11,664 bases of DNA from an uncultured Thermoproteales archaeon (GTDB lineage Archaea; Thermoproteota; Thermoprotei; Thermofilales; CAYSTQ01), in NCBI GenBank assembly GCA_964497915.1, contig CAZCFI010000059.1, forward strand, positions 1 to 11,664, in the 5' to 3' direction. Position numbers and translations under genes: made by a program. Of this stretch, positions 1 to 6,617 are shown piece by piece. Positions within the stretch are counted from its first letter, which is position 1. Every line of letters begins with the position of its first letter. Under the pieces are notes generated by a model, which was given only the letters and a program-made list of their open reading frames with translations, was not told the origin of the DNA and did no database searches.

Positions 1-19
1 CATATGGCTGGGTGGCGCC

Positions 20-1060
20 ATGGACCTGGTCCTGGCTCTGAAGGCGCTGTCGCACCCGCTCAGGCTGAGGGCCCTGCTGACGCTGAGCGAGCGGGGCGAG
101 TGCACCTTCACAGAGCTGCTTAGGGCCTGCGGCCTCAGCGTGGAGCGCGACTGCGGCCTCCTGGACTACCACCTCAAGCGCCTCGTGGCCGCAGGCCTCG
201 TGGAGCGCGGCGGGGGTGGGGGCTACAGGCTGACTGGCGAGGGCTCGCGAGCCGCAGAGCTGGTCAGGAGGGGCTTGCTGGAGGACCTGGAGCGCGGGGC
301 TGACGTGGACTGCGACCGACTAGTGGTGAGGGAGCTGACCGAGGATGACGTGGAGCTCGTCGCCTCCGCCGTCAGGAGGGCGGCTGAGGGTCGCGTCCCC
401 CCCGAGATACTAGAGGCGGCCCTGGAGCGCGTCCGCGAGCTCGTCTCAGGAGCTCAGGTCGAGGCGCGCGGCAGGGCGGTCAGGGAGCTCGCGGAGCGGC
501 TTGGGGCGAGCGTGAGCGGGCGCCTCGACGCAAGGTCTCTCTCCCTGGTGGCCCTGTACGACGGTGAGCTCGCCGCCCTCGTGTGCGGCGTGGTGTACTC
601 GGTGGGGCTCACCGCGATCAGGGGAGGGGGCCCTCACGAGATAGCCCCGCGCTCCGCGCCAGCCCGCCTCTACGAGGTCACTAGATTCTGGCTCTCGCCG
701 AGCCTGAACCGCGCCAAGCTGCTGGACGCGGTGCTAGCTAAGATTGAGGAGCTAGCCGAGGAGCGGGGGATATCGTGCATCGTGTGGCGGATTCCCGAGG
801 CCCACGCGGAGGTGGCCGACTACCTCGAGAGGAAAGGGTATTACGCCGTGCGCGCCACGCACTTAGTGGCTGTCACTGGCCCTGGCTCGAGCTCGGTGGC
901 TAAGGGCACCGGGCTGGGCGTGCCCCTACCCCCAGCGCTAGTGGAGGTGTGGAGGTTCACGGTGCGCGGCGAGCTCACGTGGGCCCTGGTCGAGTACCAC
1001 GCGCTGGGCTCGCTGGTCGTGAGGGCTCTCGAGCTCGGCGCGAGCCGTAGGGGCGGCTGA
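20..1060 (+). CDS. ArsR/SmtB-type winged-HTH protein with a GNAT-like (acetyltransferase-fold) C-terminal domain
   Basis: ATG at 20 opens a 346-codon ORF with strongly G/C-ending codons. The N-terminus LKALSHPLRLRALLTLSERGECTFTELLRACGLS..LDYHLKRLVAAGLVER fits the ArsR HTH pattern. Residues ~100-285 follow the GNAT strand/helix order (LVVRELTEDDVELV; SLVALYDGELAALVCGVV; LLDAVLAKIEELAEERGISCIVWRIP; ADYLERKGYYAV). The Q/R-x-x-G-x-G/A acetyl-CoA loop is not recognisable. Confidence 0.6.
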   Translation: MDLVLALKALSHPLRLRALLTLSERGECTFTELLRACGLSVERDCGLLDYHLKRLVAAGLVERGGGGGYRLTGEGSRAAELVRRGLLEDLERGADVDCDRLVVRELTEDDVELVASAVRRAAEGRVPPEILEAALERVRELVSGAQVEARGRAVRELAERLGASVSGRLDARSLSLVALYDGELAALVCGVVYSVGLTAIRGGGPHEIAPRSAPARLYEVTRFWLSPSLNRAKLLDAVLAKIEELAEERGISCIVWRIPEAHAEVADYLERKGYYAVRATHLVAVTGPGSSSVAKGTGLGVPLPPALVEVWRFTVRGELTWALVEYHALGSLVVRALELGASRRGG

Positions 1061-1094
1061 GCGCGGGCGGCGCTGGCCAATCGAGTGAAGCACC

Positions 1095-1101
1095 TTTATT
1101 T
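1095..1101 (+). promoter_or_regulatory. TATA-box-like element upstream of the 1135 ORF (could also act as an oligo-T terminator for the 20-1060 gene)
   Basis: TTTATTT is the only A/T-rich patch in the 74-nt G+C-rich spacer. It is centred ~37 nt upstream of TTG 1135, which leaves a short leader containing GGGGAG (1124-1129). Confidence 0.4.
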
Positions 1102-1134
1102 GACCGGACGCGTCTACGAGACTGGGGAGAGCTT

Positions 1135-1983
1135 TTGGGCTTGGTCGGCGTCGAGAGGGGCAGGCTGAGCGAGGAGGAGTTTGAGGAGCTGCTGAGGGAG
1201 CTTGGGCTGAGGGTCGTTAGGAAGTTCTCGATGGAGGTCAGGACGAGGAGGGGGTGGGTCGCCTTCCTGGTGGCCGACGTCATCGGCTTCACGGAGGGCG
1301 CGGCCTCCGTCGTGGCTGGCAGGTGCTCAGCCGCGGCGCTGGAGGCTGGCGACCACACGATACTGGGGGAGGTTAGCGCTAAGCTCTGGAGCGAGGCGGT
1401 CAAGGTCGTGTTCCCGGACGGCGAGGAGGAGCTGGTCACCGTCATGACCCACGACGGCTTCCTCAACGCCAGGGTGCCCACGGACGACGTCAGGGGGCTC
1501 GAGGGCGTGGTGTACGTCGACTCCCACCCAGTGAGACTCCCCGTGACGCTCGACGACCTGACCCTCATCGCCAGGCTGGGGGAGGGGGCGCTCGAGAGGC
1601 TGAACAAGCTCGCTCAGGTCTACGGGGTGAGGAAGGTGCTCTCAGAGGAGGTCGTCGAGTACCTTGAGGAGCTGCGCAGAAGGAGGAGGGAGGAGGTGCA
1701 GGTCAGCGTGGACTACGAGACCGGCTTCGTGCTTATGCGCAGGGGCAGTAGGATAACGACCACGCCTATCCCCGAGTACGTCGTGAGGCTTGCCAGGGAG
1801 GGGAGGCTCGACGAGGCTGCGAGGGTCTACGAGGGCGCGCCCGACCAGCTCAAGGAGGAGATCAGGAGGGCCGTCGAGGAGGAGGTGGAGATACTCAGGT
1901 CGCTGGGCAGGAGGGAGGACCTGGAGAGGCTCTCGGCCCTGCTCGACAGGCTCAGGGGCCCCGAAGAGTCTCAACCTTCATAA
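1135..1983 (+). CDS. hypothetical protein (no recognisable domain)
   Basis: 282-codon ORF with G/C-ending codon bias in this frame. The C-terminal half is highly charged and helical (EEVVEYLEELRRRRREE, EEIRRAVEEEVEILRSLGRRED). The start is TTG (1135 or 1141); the next in-frame ATG is at 1231. No motif recognised. Confidence 0.65.
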   Translation: MGLVGVERGRLSEEEFEELLRELGLRVVRKFSMEVRTRRGWVAFLVADVIGFTEGAASVVAGRCSAAALEAGDHTILGEVSAKLWSEAVKVVFPDGEEELVTVMTHDGFLNARVPTDDVRGLEGVVYVDSHPVRLPVTLDDLTLIARLGEGALERLNKLAQVYGVRKVLSEEVVEYLEELRRRRREEVQVSVDYETGFVLMRRGSRITTTPIPEYVVRLAREGRLDEAARVYEGAPDQLKEEIRRAVEEEVEILRSLGRREDLERLSALLDRLRGPEESQPS

Positions 1984-2002
1984 GGTGGCTCAGCGACCTA
2001 TA

Positions 2003-2068
2003 GCTCGGCGATGACTGGAAGGGACCTCTCTGAGGAGTGATGACGCCAATTTGCGCTGAGCCCCGAGC
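2003..2068 (+). ncRNA. candidate box C/D sRNA (2'-O-methylation guide)
   Basis: On the + strand only: C-like box GCGATGA (2008-2014, one mismatch to RUGAUGA), D' CTGA (2030-2033), a 3-nt linker, a perfect C' GTGATGA (2037-2043), a 12-nt spacer CGCCAATTTGCG (2044-2055), then a perfect D box CTGA (2056-2059). Core length is 52 nt. GCTCGG (2003-2008) is complementary to CCGAGC (2063-2068) and could form a terminal stem. It lies in the convergent spacer just 3' of the 1135-1983 gene. Weakness: the first spacer is 15 nt rather than ~12. Confidence 0.5.
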
Positions 2069-2094
2069 GGGGTCCCGAGTGCCCGCTGGCGCCG

Positions 2095-3963
2095 TCAGAC
2101 GAGCCCCAGCTCGCGCTTGGCTCTGAGGATCACGCCCCCGAGCTCAGGGGACTCGGCCCTCACGAGCGTCCTCGCCACGTAGTCTGGCAGGAGGTCCAGG
2201 TAGTTAGCGTACCTCCAGTCCCCGCACACTATCACCGCCCTGTCGTCCAGCGACCTGAGGGCCCTGCCTATGGCCTGAGAGGCCCTCCTCAGCGCTGGCA
2301 GGACGTAGCCGTAGAAGTAGCCCTTCTCAGCCCCGTAGAGCTCCTGGTAGTACCTCACGTACTCCCTCACCCTGGCGGTCGGCCTCTCGAAGGGCACGCC
2401 CACGAGGAAGACGCCCTCCAGCTCGCGCCCCGGGAAGTCCGCCCCCTCGGCGAACCTCCCGCCCATGACGCCCACGAGCGCGCCCTTGGAGTCGCCCCTC
2501 GAGAGCTCCTTGAACTTGCTGAGGAGGGCCCTGGTCTCGTCCCCCCTCATGTCCCTCCTCTCGACGAGCGGCACCTTGCCCGCCCTGGCGAGCGCCCTCA
2601 GCAGGCCAGCCTCGATGAGCTCCTCCATGACCCTGTAGCTGCTGACGAACACAGCTACGTTGGAGTCTAGAGACTCAGCGAACTCCCCCACGGCTGCCAC
2701 GTACCTCTCGCGCATGTCGCCGCTCAGCGTCTCCCCCCGCGTCGAGGCGTCCGTTAGGAGAACGGCCCTGACGTTGCGCTCGCCGTAGAGGCTGGGCACG
2801 GCCGTCGAGGCGTAGCCCGAGACCCCGACGATCTCAGCGAAGGCCTCTATCGGCTTGAGGGTCCCCGAGCAGAATATGACGCACGCGAACCTCCCCCAGC
2901 GCCTGCCGAGGACCTCAGAGGCCCTCATGTCCCACACCTCGAGCGACAGCCTGCCGCCCTCCAGGCTCGCCAGGAAGGTGACCCCCCTCGTGCCAGCCAG
3001 CTCGCTGCACGCCGCCAGGAACTCCGCCAGGTGGTGGAGTGACGACCTGGGGGCCCTGCCCTCCTCCAACCTGTCCCTCCTCACGACGTCGCCCCACTTG
3101 TGCATGAGCGGCACCAGCTCCGCCAGCTCGCCAGCCAGCGAGAGGGGGTCGACGACCTCCTCCTCCACGCCGCCCCTCTCCATCTCCCTCCTCAGCTCGT
3201 AGAGCCTGTCCTGGAACTCGGCGAGCGGCTCGACCAGCCACCTGAGGCTGTACTCCTCAGCCTCGCTCAGCGCCCTGGCGACGGTGCCCTCCGTCACCCT
3301 GTCGGAGTTGAGGCTGAGCTCCTGCAGGTTGTGGGCCTCGTCCACGACCAGGACCGACCTGTGGTAGGGGAAGAGCTTGGCCACGCTCCAGGACACCCTC
3401 TCGTCCACCACGTAGTTGTAGCTCAGGGAGACCATGCTGGCGTACCTCAGCAGGGCCCTCTGCGCGTAGTAGGGGCACGCCCCCTCCCTGGCGCACGCGC
3501 CGAGTATGTCGCTGTACGTAAGCGGCCTCTCCAGGAGCTCGTCGAGCTCCAGGGACTTCAGGCCCTCGTAGTACCTGCACTCGCCCCTGAGGCTCCTGCA
3601 CAGGTAGGCCGCCTCCTCGTGGGTGATGTCGCGTAGCCCCATCCTGCGCGAGAGGAGGCACATGTCCCTCTTGCCCCTGTACGACAGGCCGAAGAGGCTT
3701 AGGCCGAACTCCTCGACTATTACCCTGAGCTCCTCGACGGGCCTGTCCGTCTCGCTGCCAGTCCTCACGGCCCACACGACCCTGGCGCCCCTGAGCATGG
3801 GCGGCGTCAGGACCGAGAGTATGACTGGCGTCTTGCCGAAGCCCGTTGGCGCGTGGACGCATATGCTCCTGTAGCCCCTCGACAGGGCTGACCTGATGAA
3901 GGACGCTACCTCCCTCTGGTAGGGCCTGGGCTCGTACGGGAAGTACCTCAGGGCCCTCGCCAT
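2095..3963 (-). CDS. xpd: XPD/Rad3-family (DinG-like) 5'-3' DNA helicase with a 4Fe-4S cluster domain
   Basis: 622 aa. Walker A is VHAPTGFGKTP and the DEAH box is VVDEAHNL. Cys-rich Fe-S insert between them (DMCLL, YLCRSLRGECRYY, CAREGACPYYAQ). Motif VI is QAIGRALRS. ATG at 3963. Confidence 0.9.
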   Translation of the reverse strand: MARALRYFPYEPRPYQREVASFIRSALSRGYRSICVHAPTGFGKTPVILSVLTPPMLRGARVVWAVRTGSETDRPVEELRVIVEEFGLSLFGLSYRGKRDMCLLSRRMGLRDITHEEAAYLCRSLRGECRYYEGLKSLELDELLERPLTYSDILGACAREGACPYYAQRALLRYASMVSLSYNYVVDERVSWSVAKLFPYHRSVLVVDEAHNLQELSLNSDRVTEGTVARALSEAEEYSLRWLVEPLAEFQDRLYELRREMERGGVEEEVVDPLSLAGELAELVPLMHKWGDVVRRDRLEEGRAPRSSLHHLAEFLAACSELAGTRGVTFLASLEGGRLSLEVWDMRASEVLGRRWGRFACVIFCSGTLKPIEAFAEIVGVSGYASTAVPSLYGERNVRAVLLTDASTRGETLSGDMRERYVAAVGEFAESLDSNVAVFVSSYRVMEELIEAGLLRALARAGKVPLVERRDMRGDETRALLSKFKELSRGDSKGALVGVMGGRFAEGADFPGRELEGVFLVGVPFERPTARVREYVRYYQELYGAEKGYFYGYVLPALRRASQAIGRALRSLDDRAVIVCGDWRYANYLDLLPDYVARTLVRAESPELGGVILRAKRELGLV

Positions 3964-4002
3964 GCTCCCGCGCTGAGACGCCTACGTCTGTTCCGAGCGA
4001 GC

Positions 4003-4011
4003 GATATAAGT
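4003..4011. promoter_or_regulatory. single palindromic TATA-like element in the 72-nt divergent spacer between xpd and the DHH gene
   Basis: gATATAAgt reads ATATAA on + and TTATAT on -. It is the strongest A/T-rich patch in 3964-4035; a second one, AATTAAAG at 4022-4029, lies only 7-14 nt from GTG 4036, too close to act as its TATA. The 3' end is 27 nt upstream of GTG 4036 (near-leaderless) and 41 nt upstream of ATG 3963 on the other strand. Confidence 0.45.
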
Positions 4012-4035
4012 ACTTCTCTCGAATTAAAGCCCACC

Positions 4036-4959
4036 GTGAGGCTGCTGTACGCCATCTACGGCGTCATCAGGGGCGCCAGGCTGGGCCTCTCCCACGAGGG
4101 CGACGTGGACGGTATTGCGTCGGCCTCGCTCTTCCTCCGCAGGTACCCGGGCTCCGTGGTCGTGCTGGCTCAGCCCAGCCACATCGAGCGCGGCGCGATC
4201 CGCTGGTACGACTGGGTGACGTGGGACTTCGTGGCCGACCTGCCGTGCCCCGCGAGGGCCAGGCTGTACGTGGACCACCACAAGACCAACTCGCCCAGGC
4301 AGGTGGAGGTGGCCTACCACGACCCCTCAGCGCCCTCAGCGGCCTCGCTGGCCATAGCCGCCCTGGGGCTCGAGGGCGACGCCGTGGCCGAGGAGCTGGT
4401 CAGGGTCGCTAACGACGCCGACACCGGCAGGTACTCGCTGCCCGAGTCCGTCGCGCTCAGGGACGCGATAAAGGGCGCTGGGTACAGGGGCAAGCTCTAC
4501 TTAGCCAGGAGGCTGGCCGAGGGCGGCCTGGCCGCCCTGGAGGACTCAAGGGTCAGGCGGTGGGTGGAGAGGGGGCGCGAGATGAGGGAGGCGGCTGAGA
4601 GGATGGCGAGCGCCATAGAGCCGAGGCCAGTGCTCGTGGTGGAGTTCGAGAGGGACCTGGGCATCTCCTACAGGACCCTCTGCCTGGAGCTGGAGAGGAG
4701 GGGGGCCAGGGAGCTGTGCGCAGTAATCGTGCCCAAGGGCAGGGCGTGGAGGGTCTACCTGGGGGCCTCGAGGTCGTCTAGGTACGACTGCTCAGCCCTG
4801 GCCTCTAAGCTGGGCGGCGGCGGGCACAAGTTCGCGGCGGGGGCCACCGTCCGCAGCAGGCGAACCTTCTACGAGGCGCTCAAGGAGTTCCTGGGGGTCA
4901 GGGAGGTCGAGCTAATATTGGTGAGGGGACCAGGTGATATTGAGGCCGCTAAGCGGTGA
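4036..4959 (+). CDS. DHH/DHHA1-family phosphoesterase (NrnA/RecJ-like, stand-alone ~300 aa)
   Basis: DHH motifs are all present in order: I HEGDVDG, II FVADL, III VDHHK, IV NDADTG. The DHHA1 signature is LGGGGHKFAAGA. GTG start at 4036, 307 codons. Confidence 0.85.
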   Translation: MRLLYAIYGVIRGARLGLSHEGDVDGIASASLFLRRYPGSVVVLAQPSHIERGAIRWYDWVTWDFVADLPCPARARLYVDHHKTNSPRQVEVAYHDPSAPSAASLAIAALGLEGDAVAEELVRVANDADTGRYSLPESVALRDAIKGAGYRGKLYLARRLAEGGLAALEDSRVRRWVERGREMREAAERMASAIEPRPVLVVEFERDLGISYRTLCLELERRGARELCAVIVPKGRAWRVYLGASRSSRYDCSALASKLGGGGHKFAAGATVRSRRTFYEALKEFLGVREVELILVRGPGDIEAAKR

Positions 4960-4968
4960 GGTGGTCCC

Positions 4969-5661
4969 GTGGAGGCCGCTAAGGTGGCGGCTGCGAGGAG
5001 GGCGCTCGACTACGTGGAGGACGGGATGGCCCTGGGCCTGGGCTCCGGAACCACGGTGGCCAAGTTCGTAGAGCTGCTGGGCGAGAGGGTCAGGAGGGAG
5101 GGGCTCGACGTGAGCGTGGTGCCGACGTCGCTCGACACGGAGGTGATGGCCCTGAGGCAAGGCCTCAGGGTCGTGTCGCTCAGCGAGTGCCCGAGGCCCG
5201 ACCTCGCCGTCGACGGGGCTGACGAGGTCGACCCGCAGAAGAACCTGATAAAGGGCGGCGGCGGGGCGATGCTCAGGGAGAAGGTCGTCGACTACGCCTC
5301 CAAGTCGTTCATCGTGATCGTGGACGAGAGCAAGCTCGTCAGGCACCTCTGCGAGAGGAGGCCGATACCGCTGGAGGTCCTGCCCATGGCCTGGAGGTTC
5401 GTGCTGACGGCGCTGACCGAGGAGCTGGGGGGGAGGGCCATACTGCGCCCGTGCGGCGGCGGCAAGCTGGGCCCCGTCGTCACCGACAACGGCAACCTAA
5501 TAGTCGACTTCTTCCCGGAGAGCCTGGACTTCGAGCCGAGCGCGATGGACGCGGCGCTCAAGAGGGTGCCCGGCGTGCTTGAGACTGGGATATTCACGGG
5601 GTCCAAGGTGTCAAGGGTGATAGTGGGCCGGGGGGACGGGAGCGTCAGAGAGATTAGCTAG
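4969..5661 (+). CDS. rpiA: ribose-5-phosphate isomerase A
   Basis: The RpiA signature is clear: DGMALGLGSGTTV, DLAVDGADEVD, LIKGGGGAMLREK. 230 aa. GTG start at 4969 is preceded by the SD-like GGTGAGGTG (4955-4963), 9 nt after the stop of the DHH gene. Confidence 0.93.
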   Translation: MEAAKVAAARRALDYVEDGMALGLGSGTTVAKFVELLGERVRREGLDVSVVPTSLDTEVMALRQGLRVVSLSECPRPDLAVDGADEVDPQKNLIKGGGGAMLREKVVDYASKSFIVIVDESKLVRHLCERRPIPLEVLPMAWRFVLTALTEELGGRAILRPCGGGKLGPVVTDNGNLIVDFFPESLDFEPSAMDAALKRVPGVLETGIFTGSKVSRVIVGRGDGSVREIS

Positions 5662-6617
5662 GGGAAGTGGCTCATGAGCTCCCTCAGCACGCTGTCGCTA
5701 GCCGCGCTCGGCACCCTTATCGAGAAGGCCCTGGGGTGCCCTCCTCCGCCGCCCCCGTACTTGCTGGCGAGCCCGAGGAGCCTGGTGGACAGGTCGACGT
5801 CCACGCCCTGGGGCGCCCTGGACGTGACCACCAGCTCGCTCTGGGCGTTGAACACGATGAACACGGTTCGCTTGAACTCCTCGGCCAGCTGGGACGCGAG
5901 GAGGCCTATATAGCCAGTGGCGTTGACGCCCCTGAAGTCAACTATTAGGGCGCTGTCCGACTGGTACACGACGCTCTCCAGCGCCAGCTTCTTGAGCCTC
6001 TCGAGCCTCCTCGCGGCTATCGAGGCCCTTATCTCGACCTCCTCGTTGATCAGCCTGCGCTCAAGCACCCAGAGCCTTATCAGGTCCATCTTGAAGGCCT
6101 CGTCGCTCGGGTTCTCCGACAGGGCGAGGACGAGCTTGTTGGCCGCCTCGACCACCTCCGGCTCCACGCCACTGGGCGCGACCTTGTCGCTGACCTCGCC
6201 GACCCTGGCTAGCTTGAGGAAGAACGACGGGTCCTCGGAGCCCCTCCCGAACATGTGGTAGGCTATGGTGGACGCGCACCTGTCTATCGAGAGCACGAGG
6301 GACACCCCAGCGTCTACCAGCTCGTCCGCGAGCCTGACGGTCGTGACGTGGTGGTCGAGCCACACGGTCTTGACGCTCTCGGCGATCAGCCTCATCAGGT
6401 GCCTCATCCTGGCCCAGGTCTGCTGGTCGAGGCCGAGGTCCATTATGTAGAGCCTCCTCAGCCGCTTCAGGTTCTGGATCCTCAGCAGGGCTTGGGGCAG
6501 GAGGTACGGCTGAGAGGTGTATATCTTGACCCGCTCGTTCCTGTTCCGCGAGTACGAGTAGAGAATGGCGGCCGAGACCAGGCCGTCGATGTCTCCGTGG
6601 ACCACGGCCGCTATCAC
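5658..6617 (-). CDS. DHH/DHHA1-family phosphoesterase, paralogue of 4036-4959
   Basis: Motifs: I VHGDIDG, II IMDLG, III LDHH, IV GEVSDK, and DHHA1 YGGGGGGHPRA. GTG start at 6617 overlaps the TAG stop of the upstream ORF by 1 nt. The SD-like GGAGTGGTGA (minus strand, 6634-6625) lies 7 nt upstream. Confidence 0.85.
   Translation of the reverse strand: MIAAVVHGDIDGLVSAAILYSYSRNRNERVKIYTSQPYLLPQALLRIQNLKRLRRLYIMDLGLDQQTWARMRHLMRLIAESVKTVWLDHHVTTVRLADELVDAGVSLVLSIDRCASTIAYHMFGRGSEDPSFFLKLARVGEVSDKVAPSGVEPEVVEAANKLVLALSENPSDEAFKMDLIRLWVLERRLINEEVEIRASIAARRLERLKKLALESVVYQSDSALIVDFRGVNATGYIGLLASQLAEEFKRTVFIVFNAQSELVVTSRAPQGVDVDLSTRLLGLASKYGGGGGGHPRAFSIRVPSAASDSVLRELMSHFP

Noticed and set aside
209-222. 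G-runs (GGCGGGGGTGGGGG) and similar runs at the GGGGH motifs, considered as G-quadruplex or slippery sites
   Set aside because: Only two long G-tracts occur per site, which is too few for a quadruplex. They encode poly-Gly linkers or the DHHA1 GGGH signature in frame.
975-1607. 210-aa minus-strand ORF spanning the spacer between the first two genes
   Set aside because: It is antisense to two well-supported CDSs. The S/T/P-rich low-complexity translation is typical of the reverse frame of GAG/CTC/GCC-rich coding DNA. It has no promoter-like element and no motif.
2062-2072. 11-mer CCCGAGCGGGG also present at 10501-10511 (inside the tnpB-tail hairpin)
   Set aside because: Several identical 11-mers are expected by chance in 11.6 kb of strongly G+C-biased sequence, and the flanks do not match.
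2855-3862. Several 100-200-aa ORFs inside or opposite xpd (2855-3202 +, 2915-3241 -, 3100-3636 +, 3257-3862 -, 3623-3874 +)
   Set aside because: All are alternative frames of the XPD coding region, with R/G/P/Q or S/L-rich composition. The XPD frame carries the helicase motifs in the correct order.
5865-5880. GGTTCGCTTGAACTCC, superficially like a tRNA T-arm
   Set aside because: There is no acceptor, D or anticodon arm around it. It does not match the GGTTCRAATCC consensus and lies inside the DHH coding frame.
5904-5911. Palindromic CTATATAG inside the second DHH CDS, identical to the 7392-7399 TATA-like box
   Set aside because: It encodes the conserved-looking GYIG segment of the protein. 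The only downstream plus-strand ORF starts 6 nt away and is an antisense shadow. There is no evidence for an internal promoter.
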